The notes beneath the pieces are model-generated. The model saw only the letters and a program-made list of their open reading frames with translations. It searched no databases and was not told the DNA's origin. A DNA stretch of 64,000 nt, taken from positions 1,135,750 through 1,199,749 of the forward strand of contig OZ242164.1 of assembly GCA_965205335.1 (NCBI GenBank). Direction: 5' to 3'. This document shows, piece after piece, positions 1 through 8,600 of this stretch. Position numbers and translations under genes: made by a program. Every line of letters starts with the position of its first letter. The first letter of the stretch is position 1. This DNA comes from Candidatus Woesearchaeota archaeon (GTDB taxonomy: Archaea; Nanobdellota; Nanobdellia; Woesearchaeales; UBA583).

Positions 1-265
1 ATTTCAGCATTGTATTTTTATTCTTTCAAGCATAAAGAGGTTGAAGGTAATTTTATTTATCCTTTGTGTTTGCATTTTTTAACGGATTTTGTTTGGTTAT
101 TTTTCTATTTTACATAAGTTCTTATGTTAAGTTTTGATGAATTGGTAGTAAATCTGAAGAAATCTTTAATGTAAATGGTTCTTCGCTAAGTTTTAAAAAG
201 GAATATTTATTAACTTTTTTATGAAATATCTATTTTATAGTTTATTTCATGTGTAATTTAAAAAG

Positions 266-826
266 ATGACAGAACTTAAAAGGGAATATGTAGTCCCGCT
301 AAGGCGAAAGATGAGAACTGCGCCAAAGTGGAGAAGAAGTAAAAAGGCAGTGTCTGTTTTGAAAGATTTTATGCGAAAACACATGAAAACGGAGGTTGTT
401 GTTATTTGCTCTGATTTGAATGAGTATATATGGAAATGCGGCAATAAGAATCCTCCCGGAAAGGTGTCTGTTGTTGCACTGAAAACAGATGTTAATGGCA
501 CAGAGAAAACTATTGTGAGTTTAGCAGATGTTAATATTGATAAACAGTTGGAGTCATATGCAGAGTCTAAACCTGGGGTTGCAACTTCTGATGAATCCAA
601 GGATAAAGGTGTTGAGGATGCAAATGTTAAAGAGATAGATTCAAAGGATGAGAAAAATAAGTCTGAGGAGAAGCAGACTGAAGAAGCAGATTTAGAGGAT
701 AAGATAAGTGAGAGTAAGGATGAACCCCAAATTGAAGATGAAATAGAAATGAATAAGGAGAAAAAGGAACAGGAATCAGGAAATGATGAAAAGGAGGAAA
801 GTAAAGAGGTGAAGAAGGATGAGTAA
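266..826 (+). CDS. rpl31e: 50S ribosomal protein L31e with long acidic C-terminal extension
   Basis: REYVVPLRR..APKWRRSKKAV..LKDFMRKHMK..LNEYIW..G..NPP L31e pattern; first gene of r-protein cluster. Confidence 0.9.
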   Translation: MTELKREYVVPLRRKMRTAPKWRRSKKAVSVLKDFMRKHMKTEVVVICSDLNEYIWKCGNKNPPGKVSVVALKTDVNGTEKTIVSLADVNIDKQLESYAESKPGVATSDESKDKGVEDANVKEIDSKDEKNKSEEKQTEEADLEDKISESKDEPQIEDEIEMNKEKKEQESGNDEKEESKEVKKDE

Positions 827-1199
827 ATTAGTAACTGAGTTAAAGAGTGTGAAGGAGATTAAAGCCCCCATTTGGGCTCCTTTTGTTAAGACTGGTTCAG
901 GTAAGCAAAGGCCTCCACAGAGGTTAGATTGGTGGCATGTCAGAGCGGCATCTGTTTTAAGTAAGATTCATAAGTTTGGTCCGATTGGAACAAATAAGTT
1001 ATCAAAGCAATATGGGTGTAGGAAAAATAGAGGTCATAGGCCTGAGAAGAAAGTTGATGGGTCAAGAAATATTATAAGAAAATGCATCCAGCAACTTGAA
1101 GCGGCAAATTTAATAAAACAAGTTAAATCTCCAAAGGCAGGAAAGGTTTTAACGAAAGAAGGGACAGAATTCTTAAAGAAGGTAAATAAAAATGGTTGA
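819..1199 (+). CDS. rps19e: 30S ribosomal protein S19e
   Basis: P.WA.FVKTG..K.RPP...DWW..RAAS..., GS.NIIRK..QQLE motifs. Confidence 0.95.
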   Translation: MSKLVTELKSVKEIKAPIWAPFVKTGSGKQRPPQRLDWWHVRAASVLSKIHKFGPIGTNKLSKQYGCRKNRGHRPEKKVDGSRNIIRKCIQQLEAANLIKQVKSPKAGKVLTKEGTEFLKKVNKNG

Positions 1200-1458
1200 T
1201 GGTATAATTGTAAATTATAGAAGGGGAAGAAGAACCCAGACAACTAATCAGATGATTATTTTAGTTCCGCAATATGATAAGGAGAAGGCTAATACTCTTA
1301 TTGGAAAGGAAGTTGTTTATGTTTGCTTGGGAAAAAATAAAACTCAGATTAAGGGTAAGATAACATCTGTTCATGGTAATAAGGGAGCAGTTCGGGCTTT
1401 GTTTGAGAGAGGAGTTCCCGGTCAGGCGATTGGAGATAAGATAGAGGTGAGGGTGTAA
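1192..1458 (+). CDS. rpl35ae: 50S ribosomal protein L35Ae
   Basis: NYRRGRRTQ..NQMI; GKI..VHGNKGAVRA.FE.G.PGQA.G. Confidence 0.95.
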   Translation: MVDGIIVNYRRGRRTQTTNQMIILVPQYDKEKANTLIGKEVVYVCLGKNKTQIKGKITSVHGNKGAVRALFERGVPGQAIGDKIEVRV

Positions 1459-1461
1459 AAA

Positions 1462-2151
1462 ATGGCAAAGTTGAGAAAGTGGTGTGCTTACAGGAAGGTT
1501 GAAAGACCTTATACAAGATGGTCTAAGGTTAGAAAGAAAGCATTTGTAAAGTCAAGACCAGGTAAGAAAGTAATCAAGTTTGATATGGGAGATATAATCG
1601 GAGGATATAAGCAATTTGATACTCATTTAACTCTTGTTTCAAAGGATTTAGCTCAGATTAGAACTAATGCAATTGAGGCTTCAAGAATTACAGGTCTTAA
1701 GAAGTTAGAATTAAGACTTGGTAGAATGGGGTTTTATTTTAGAATTAGAGCAGTTCCTCATCAAGTTATTCGAGAAAATGCATTAGCGGCAGGAGCTGGA
1801 GCAGATAGACTTTCAACTGGTATGAAACATTCTTTTGGGAAAATGATTGGAACAGCATGTCAGGTTCAGAAAGATAAAGTGATTTATGATTTGTATGTTC
1901 CTCGTGAGCATGAAAATCTTGCAAGAGAGATTCTAAAGAAAATGTCCGGAAAGTTGCCAATTAGAACAACAATTAAGTGTGAATATGTTAAAGCCATTGA
2001 GCTAACTGAGGAAGAGAAAGCCGCAAGGGATGCTAAGGAAGCAGCAAGGATGGAAGCTAAGGAGGATATCGAGGAAGAGGAAGGAAAAGAAGAAGTGGCA
2101 AGTGATGAAAAAAGTGATTCTACAAATGAAAAAGAAGTTAAGGAAGAATAG
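1462..2151 (+). CDS. rpl10e: 50S ribosomal protein L10e/uL16 with acidic tail
   Basis: R...YR..ERPYTR; PHQVIREN..A.GAGADRLSTGM..SFGK. Confidence 0.95.
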   Translation: MAKLRKWCAYRKVERPYTRWSKVRKKAFVKSRPGKKVIKFDMGDIIGGYKQFDTHLTLVSKDLAQIRTNAIEASRITGLKKLELRLGRMGFYFRIRAVPHQVIRENALAAGAGADRLSTGMKHSFGKMIGTACQVQKDKVIYDLYVPREHENLAREILKKMSGKLPIRTTIKCEYVKAIELTEEEKAARDAKEAARMEAKEDIEEEEGKEEVASDEKSDSTNEKEVKEE

Positions 2152-2199
2152 TATTCTTTCAATAAGTTTTTTAAATGTTTAACACTAATTTATTGTATT

Positions 2200-2274
2200 G
2201 GCCCTGTGGTCTAGTCTGGATATGACAACAGCCTTCTAAGCTGTGGATCGCCAGTTCAAATCTGGCCAGGGTCG
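2200..2274 (+). tRNA. tRNA-Arg (anticodon TCT)
   Basis: Acceptor GGCCCTG/CAGGGTC, anticodon arm ACAGC-CTTCTAA-GCTGT, T-loop TTCAAAT; no encoded CCA; TTTTTAAA box ~30 nt upstream. Confidence 0.95.
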
Positions 2275-2345
2275 TTAATATATAAGAGGTTTTTAGTTTG
2301 TGTGCAAAAAACTTTTTAAAAGGAAAAGTTTTTCCTCTTATAAAT

Positions 2346-2420
2346 CCCCCTGTGGTGTAGTCCGGCCAATCATTTCGGCCTTTCGAGCCGAGGACCTGGG
2401 TTCAAATCCCGGCGGGGGGG
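2346..2420 (+). tRNA. tRNA-Glu (anticodon TTC)
   Basis: Acceptor CCCCCTG/CGGGGGG, anticodon arm TCGGC-CTTTCGA-GCCGA, T arm CTGGG-TTCAAAT-CCCGG. Confidence 0.95.
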
Positions 2421-2520
2421 CTTTTGTTTAATTCTTTTTATATAAAACCCAATAACTTCAATTTTCAAGAAAAATATAAACTAAGAAATCACCTGTAATA
2501 TGTATCTTTTAAATAGAATT

Positions 2521-2868
2521 CTAATGCTCATTTTGTTTGTCTTTATCTTTGGGGATTTTAATTTCTTTATGAGGCAGAAGAGCTGCTTCAAGAATTTTTG
2601 AGCGTATTTCCTGTGTGCGTCTTAATTGTTCAATATAACTTGCAGATTCAATTAGTTCATCAAAGAATTCCATTATGTTTTCATCTTTTATTACTGAACC
2701 ATCTTTAAAACTCATACTGATAATGTAGTTTTTCTCATCACAATCTATTAGAAAGTAATAGTCTTCTAATTTTACATAACAAGCCTGAACCAGAATTTCT
2801 TTGGGATAAATGTTCTTGTTGATTTTAATAGTTGCAGTTTTGCCATCAATTGAATAATTTTTCTTCAT
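2521..2868 (-). CDS. hxsD: His-Xaa-Ser system protein HxsD-like
   Basis: IN..IYP.E....A.Y....D.Y.LID and EF..ELI.......T.EIR..IL..AL pattern; adjacent to HxsB-like radical SAM. Confidence 0.75.
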   Translation of the reverse strand: MKKNYSIDGKTATIKINKNIYPKEILVQACYVKLEDYYFLIDCDEKNYIISMSFKDGSVIKDENIMEFFDELIESASYIEQLRRTQEIRSKILEAALLPHKEIKIPKDKDKQNEH

Positions 2869-2918
2869 GATAGTACATAAAAAGAAATGTTTATAAATAT
2901 TCTTCTTGTGGAAATAAT

Positions 2919-4343
2919 ATGTTTCTCAAAAAAGAAGGAGAAGATCACATTCTGAATTTTTATAGGCATAAATTATATGATAAAAAAAGAAATCTGTATC
3001 TTTTAACAGTTGATGATGGAAATTTCATATTTTTAAATAAGGAAAGTATGACAAATCTGAAAAAGGGATTGGTAACAAATGAAGAGATATATGAAAAATT
3101 ATTAGAGAGGGGAATAATTATTAATGATTCAAATTTTAATGATATTGTTAAGAAGACAAGAAAGAGATATGCTTTTCTTATGAATGGAACTTCACTTCAT
3201 ATTGTTATTCCAACGTCAAGGTGTAATCTTGGATGTACTTATTGTTTTGCATCACCTGACCCTATAACTGCCCCTCGTGACGAAAAGGATTTAGATGAGA
3301 AAACGGCAATTAAGATAGTTGATTTTATTATGAATTCTCCGTCTAATGTAATAACTATTGAGTTTCAGGGCGGTGAGGCAACTGCAAGATTTGATTTAGT
3401 AAAAATTATGGCACAACATGCAAAGAAATTAAATGAGAAACTAAAGAAGGATTTGAGATTAACTATTGTTTCAAATTTAACTCTTATGACAGATGATATG
3501 GCAAATTGGTTAATTGATAATGATGTTAGTATTTGCACATCACTTGATGGACCAAGATATGTTCATGATGAAAATAGGTTTATCCATGTAAGAGAGGGGA
3601 AAGAGGTTGGAACTCATGATAAGGTTATTTACTGGATTAAAAGGATAAATGGTTTCTATAAGGAAAAGAAGAAGCAGGGACAAGTTTCTGCTCTTATGAC
3701 TATAACAAAGCACTCTCTTCCTTATTATAAGGAGATAGTTGATGAGTATGTTTCTCTTGGGATTTATTTGCTTGATATAAGGCATTTAACGTTTGTTGGA
3801 AAAGCAACACAGACTACTCTGCCAATTCATTATAGTGAAAATGAGTTTATTGATTTTTATAATAAGTCTTTAGAGTATATGAAGGAGCTTGAAAAGAAGG
3901 GAATTAGAACGGTAGAACGAATGAGGGATATGTATTATACAAAGGTGTTAGTGAATAGACCAACATATCATGCTGATTTTGAAAGTCCATGTGGAGCGGC
4001 AACAGGACAGATTGTATATCATTCAAATGGAGATATTTATACTTGTCATGAAGCGTTAGGGCGTGATGAGTTTAGACTTGGAAATGTGTTTTCTGATTCT
4101 TGGCAGGATATATTCACAAAGGAAGAGACATCTAAAGCTATACTTAATTCAATGCTTGAATCAAATGTTAAATGTGATAGGTGTGTTTTCAAACCATATT
4201 GCGGAACATGTATGGTTGAGAATTTTTATCATTTCGGAAAGTTTAATTTTTATCCAACAAAGACTGCAAAGCATAGTGAGACTATAATGCAGTGCACAAA
4301 GATATTTGATGAGGTTCTGGAAAAGGCACTGAAAGTTGATTAA
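2919..4343 (+). CDS. hxsB: His-Xaa-Ser system radical SAM/SPASM maturase HxsB-like
   Basis: YLLT.D.G..IFL N-terminus, TSLHIVIPT.RCN..C.YC, IEFQGGE, SPCGA..GQ..Y..NGDIYTC, SPASM C..C...PYCG.C. Confidence 0.85.
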   Translation: MFLKKEGEDHILNFYRHKLYDKKRNLYLLTVDDGNFIFLNKESMTNLKKGLVTNEEIYEKLLERGIIINDSNFNDIVKKTRKRYAFLMNGTSLHIVIPTSRCNLGCTYCFASPDPITAPRDEKDLDEKTAIKIVDFIMNSPSNVITIEFQGGEATARFDLVKIMAQHAKKLNEKLKKDLRLTIVSNLTLMTDDMANWLIDNDVSICTSLDGPRYVHDENRFIHVREGKEVGTHDKVIYWIKRINGFYKEKKKQGQVSALMTITKHSLPYYKEIVDEYVSLGIYLLDIRHLTFVGKATQTTLPIHYSENEFIDFYNKSLEYMKELEKKGIRTVERMRDMYYTKVLVNRPTYHADFESPCGAATGQIVYHSNGDIYTCHEALGRDEFRLGNVFSDSWQDIFTKEETSKAILNSMLESNVKCDRCVFKPYCGTCMVENFYHFGKFNFYPTKTAKHSETIMQCTKIFDEVLEKALKVD

Positions 4344-4442
4344 TACAATATGAATCAATTATTCCTATTTCATATAGAGAACCTAAAAGATTATATAATA
4401 GCAACCAAAGATTTAAAAAGAATTTAGATATTCTATATTTAC

Positions 4443-4688
4443 ATGGCTGAATTTGATAAGAGTTTAGATGTTGAATTATTCGGAGAAGAAGTTGATTTCG
4501 AAACGACTAAAATTAGAGTTTCTGTTATGAGTTATAATGAAGGAAGACCTAAAGTCCAAATTTCAAGAGAGAATTTTGATGCTAATTTGGAGGAGTGGAG
4601 ATGGTCAAAACTTGGCAGAATGACAAAGGAAGAAACCTTAGAGGTTATTCCATTGCTTCAAAAAGCATTAGAGAATATACCTGAGTAA
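4443..4688 (+). CDS. small protein, possible PC4/YdbC-like ssDNA-binding fold
   Basis: VSV.SYN.G.PK.QI.R...W...KLGR.T.EE pattern; clean ORF with upstream TATA-like box. Confidence 0.55.
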   Translation: MAEFDKSLDVELFGEEVDFETTKIRVSVMSYNEGRPKVQISRENFDANLEEWRWSKLGRMTKEETLEVIPLLQKALENIPE

Positions 4689-4700
4689 GTTCAATTAATT

Positions 4701-4880
4701 AACTCAAATTTAAGTAGTGTTATAGGTATGGGAAATATGTTCTCTGGTGCAAGTTCATTTAATTGGGATTTGAGCGGTTGGAATATAAGTAGTGTTACCT
4801 CCTGTAATATATTAAGTGAGAGTGCTACTTCATAGACATCCTATAATAAACCAACTTTTCTTTCACATCTATCTTGTTGA
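4701..4880 (+). pseudogene. remnant of a DUF285/BspA-type surface repeat protein C-terminus
   Basis: Translates NLSSVIGMGNMFSGASSFNWDLSGWNISSVTSC...ATS*TSYNKPTF...C*; internal TAG 4833-4835. Confidence 0.7.
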
Positions 4881-5019
4881 GTTTTATTTTTTATTCTTTT
4901 TTTGGAATTATTTATGATGCATTTAAATAGCAGATTCTAATCATAGTGGGACTTCTTAAATTTATTATTACTTTGGAGTTTAAACTAACTTATATATATT
5001 TTTCAAAGGGGAATTTTTC

Positions 5020-8000
5020 ATGGTTAGAAGGAATTTATTTGGAATTTTCATTAGTATTTTTGTCATTTTTTTTGTTCTTACGGGGATAGAAGTTCTTGTT
5101 TTTGCGGATACAAACAGTGTTTGGCATAATGCCTCTGACGTAAGAGGAGGGGTTTTAGGAAGTGACGAAGGTTTTCAGGATTTTATTTTAAACAGTACAT
5201 TGAGTTTGAGAGATTCTGGGAAGATAACTGATGTTCCAACCCCGATAAATGGAAGTGATGCAGTTAATAAAGATTACGTTGATGCCCAAGTTGGAGGAGT
5301 ATGTAAAAAAGGAGTCTGTACTTGGACGAGGGGCATAGTTTGTCCATCTAGTTGGACAAAGGTTGGTTCAGGGGAATATGACACTTATGGATTTAGATTA
5401 GATCCAAATTTTAATAGCAGTGATAACAATAAAATGGGATCCTTTTGCTGTAGAAATTTTATTTCTTTCCCTGCTGAAGACGGATTATGCGGTTCGGGTA
5501 AAGACACTTGTATTATTGGTAACATTTACAACTCCTCTTCCAATTCAACTCATCATATATGGTATTGCAGTGGAGTTAATGGTGGAACTAACTCAAGTAT
5601 GTGTAGCAAATTAATCCCTTCTACTCCTGTGAATGGAATATGCAATAATGCGGTAAGAAATGGCTGTACAAGTGGGACATCTAACGATGGAGCATACTCT
5701 GACACCCCCACCCACTACAGATGGCGTTGTGATGGTTTGAATGGGGGAAATAATTCGGGTATGTGTAGTAAGGCAAAACTGTGTGGAACCTGTCAAGGGA
5801 CTTGTTCTTCTCCTTCCGGTGTATCATGTGGAACTTCAATACCGGCTGTATCTGGCACTTGCTCCATTAGTGGTGCATCTTGCACCAAGACCTGTGGCAC
5901 AGGCACTTATTGTTCATCTGGGACTTGTGTCGGTGGTTTTTGTATTAGTCAACCAGTAGGAGATTGTGATAATTCTAGGAGAAATGGGTGTGGAGTTGGG
6001 AGTGCTAATGATTACGCATATGCTGATACAACTTGTGAGCACAGATGGCGTTGTGATGCATCTGGAGGTAATTCAGTAATGTGTAGTATAGTCAAACCAA
6101 GCGCTAATACATGTAATGCACTATCATGTCCTTCCCGATCAAATGTATCATGTGGAAGTCCAATACCAGACCAATCAGGCACTTACTCTTGTAGTGGAAA
6201 CTCCTGCGCTAGAACTTGTTCAGGAACAGGTACCTACTGTCCATCTGGGACTTGTACTAGTGGTTCTTGTCGTTGCATCAGCTCTAATACAGCATGTTCA
6301 GGAGGTAAATGTGATTATCAAATAGATAATTGTGGTAATAGTGTTTTCTGTGGTGATTGTCCAGTAGATGGAAATTGGAGTGATTGGAGTTCTTGTTCTG
6401 CAACCATTTGTGGTAGTACTGGGAATCAAATGAGAACATGTACAAATCCTTCTCCACTATATGGTGGGGCTCAATGTAGTGGTAGTAATTCTAGGAGTTG
6501 TACTGCGCCAGGTCATCTTGTGAATGGAAACTGGAGTGATTGGAGTGCCTGTTCAGCAACTGCATGTGATGTAGATGGAGCTCAAACTCGGTCGTGTAAT
6601 AGTCCCTCTCCTGCTTGCGGAGGGTCTGATTGTAGTGGTTCAAGCAGTAGGTCTTGTACAGGAACAAATCGAAGGGATGGTGGTTGGAGTTCTTACGGTG
6701 CTTGGAGTAATGAAGGTTCCTGTGGTCAGTATGTAAATTGCAGACAGCGCGAAGAAAAAGAGCGAACCTGCACTAACCCTAGTCCTGGATGCAGTGGTTT
6801 AGCCTGTAGTCCTAATTCTCCCATAGAAACACGTGACACCAAATCCTGCGGCAGGGTTAATGGAGGCTGGAGCACACTCCTTCCCCCAAGTAAAGTGCCA
6901 TGTGGTGAAACTAGAACCGCTACTTGCAACAGTCCGCATCCGCAATGTGGAGGGACCTGTCCTGAACCTAGACCATCTGTAACAGGTACCAAATGTTCAT
7001 CAGGAATCTGTAAAAATGGTGTGTGTAAAACATGTGATGTGATACCAGAGTGTGGAAGTAGTGCAAACACCTGTTCCTCTGGAGATCATAATCATCATCC
7101 ATCCGATACTGGTACAAGATTTCTTTGGACTTGTAGGAGTGATCCATATGATAGTAGTATATGTACCCCTCATAGAGTATCGTGTGGTGCAGATAAGCCT
7201 CCCTGTGAGGTGTGTAATTCCTGTGGACAATGTAATACAGGGCGTGAGGCTGGTGATGGTAGATGTTATGCTACTACCGATCCTTATCCACTTATTACTG
7301 CTCCTCCTGATTCATCTTGTCCTGTAGTAAATTGTGAAGGTTCCTGGAGTGATACTAATGTGTGTAGTAAGGCGTGTGGTGGTGGATTTTTGCAACAGGT
7401 ATTTACTATAACTCAGCAACCACAAAATGGAGGAACTGCATGTCCATCTTCACCACGGTGGGGAACAACGTCTTGTAATACTGGATGCTGTCCTGTGAAT
7501 GGAGTATGTTATTACGTTGATTTTGCCATTGAGGGTTATCACGGTGGATGTACTTTTGGAGTGTTAGATGGAGATCCTCATTCTTCTGCTAATTGGTATT
7601 GTCAAGGGATTTGTGGTGGAAGTTTTGCCACGTGCGATTCTTGCACGGAAGAGTTTGGTTGTACTTCTCCGTCTCCACCTCCACCTCCACCTCCTCCACC
7701 TCCACCTCCACCACCGAGTTGTGGTGGGTCACGTTGTGATGATGATGGTTATTGTACTGCAGATTGTCCTTGTAGTAGTGGAGAGGGTGATTGTGATGGA
7801 CCTAGTCATTGTTCTCCAGGTTTAGTGTGTTGTAACGATGTTGGGAGTCAATATAGTTGTCCAAAGTCTTACACAGATATTTGTTTGAGTTCATGTCCAT
7901 CTCCACCACCTCCACCTCCTCCACCTCCACCTCCACCACCGAGTTGTGGTGGGTCACGTTGTGATGATGATGGTTATTGTACTGCAGATTGTCCTTGTAG

Positions 8001-8316
8001 TAGTGGAGAGGGTGATTGTGATGGACCTAGTCATTGTTCTCCAGGTTTAGTGTGTTGTAACGATGTTGGGAGTCAATATAGTTGTCCAAAGTCTTACACA
8101 GATATTTGTTTGAGTTCATGTCCATCTCCACCACCTCCACCACCTCCACCTCCTCCTACAGGGGGTTGTACACCAGCTACAATAGATAATTGTGTCCTTA
8201 GTGCTTATGCCACTCACCAACAATTTGAGAGTGGTCATTGCACTGTTGGTGGAGGTAATTGTGAATATCAATGTTTTAATGGGGCGTGGATAGTCCAAAC
8301 TCATTGTATAAATTAG
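5020..8316 (+). CDS. secreted Cys-rich surface protein with thrombospondin type-1 repeats and poly-Pro linkers
   Basis: N-terminal hydrophobic signal; VDGNWSDWSSCS..CG..G.Q.RTCTNPSP..GG..C repeats; W.C.G..GG...CS repeats; Pro runs. Confidence 0.85.
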   Translation: MVRRNLFGIFISIFVIFFVLTGIEVLVFADTNSVWHNASDVRGGVLGSDEGFQDFILNSTLSLRDSGKITDVPTPINGSDAVNKDYVDAQVGGVCKKGVCTWTRGIVCPSSWTKVGSGEYDTYGFRLDPNFNSSDNNKMGSFCCRNFISFPAEDGLCGSGKDTCIIGNIYNSSSNSTHHIWYCSGVNGGTNSSMCSKLIPSTPVNGICNNAVRNGCTSGTSNDGAYSDTPTHYRWRCDGLNGGNNSGMCSKAKLCGTCQGTCSSPSGVSCGTSIPAVSGTCSISGASCTKTCGTGTYCSSGTCVGGFCISQPVGDCDNSRRNGCGVGSANDYAYADTTCEHRWRCDASGGNSVMCSIVKPSANTCNALSCPSRSNVSCGSPIPDQSGTYSCSGNSCARTCSGTGTYCPSGTCTSGSCRCISSNTACSGGKCDYQIDNCGNSVFCGDCPVDGNWSDWSSCSATICGSTGNQMRTCTNPSPLYGGAQCSGSNSRSCTAPGHLVNGNWSDWSACSATACDVDGAQTRSCNSPSPACGGSDCSGSSSRSCTGTNRRDGGWSSYGAWSNEGSCGQYVNCRQREEKERTCTNPSPGCSGLACSPNSPIETRDTKSCGRVNGGWSTLLPPSKVPCGETRTATCNSPHPQCGGTCPEPRPSVTGTKCSSGICKNGVCKTCDVIPECGSSANTCSSGDHNHHPSDTGTRFLWTCRSDPYDSSICTPHRVSCGADKPPCEVCNSCGQCNTGREAGDGRCYATTDPYPLITAPPDSSCPVVNCEGSWSDTNVCSKACGGGFLQQVFTITQQPQNGGTACPSSPRWGTTSCNTGCCPVNGVCYYVDFAIEGYHGGCTFGVLDGDPHSSANWYCQGICGGSFATCDSCTEEFGCTSPSPPPPPPPPPPPPPPSCGGSRCDDDGYCTADCPCSSGEGDCDGPSHCSPGLVCCNDVGSQYSCPKSYTDICLSSCPSPPPPPPPPPPPPPSCGGSRCDDDGYCTADCPCSSGEGDCDGPSHCSPGLVCCNDVGSQYSCPKSYTDICLSSCPSPPPPPPPPPPTGGCTPATIDNCVLSAYATHQQFESGHCTVGGGNCEYQCFNGAWIVQTHCIN
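7690..8140 (+). repeat. near-exact 225-bp tandem duplication (75-aa Cys module + Pro linker)
   Basis: GAGTTGTGGTGGGTCACG at 7716 and 7941; ends approximate because they lie in Pro codons. Confidence 0.95.
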
Positions 8317-8440
8317 CCCTTTGGATGATGTATATAGATAGGACTTCATATCCAATATTATGGAAGACTTTCCTGACAATGAGGTGTGATTTTTCAAATT
8401 CTATAAATTTTTGAAGTTTGAATATCATAATCCAATTTTT

Positions 8441-8509
8441 TGGTGGTGCAGAGGATCATATGGTGGAAGTAATATTCTTTGCAGTCAAAGTCCTGACCCT
8501 CTTCCCTAA
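8441..8509 (+). pseudogene. orphan Cys-rich module fragment
   Basis: WWCRGSYGGSNILCSQSPDPLP* resembles the W.C.G..GG.N..CS repeats of the upstream gene. Confidence 0.5.
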
Positions 8510-8600
8510 GAAAAATAGTTCCATTCGGTCAAAATAACTGCAATCTTGCTCCAACCATATCATACAATAAATAATATAATTAAAACAATTAAAAAATAAT

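Noticed and set aside
247-2162. Minus-strand ORFs over the ribosomal protein genes, and similar short overlapping ORFs inside dnaK, mcm, rfcL, pan, radA, uvrA, ftsZ, metK, cysS and both adhesins
   Set aside because: Antisense or alternate-frame shadows of well-supported genes, with no motifs
4350-4427. 25-aa ORF after hxsB as a possible HxsA precursor
   Set aside because: MNQLFLFHIENLKDYIIATKDLKRI has no His-Xaa-Ser repeats
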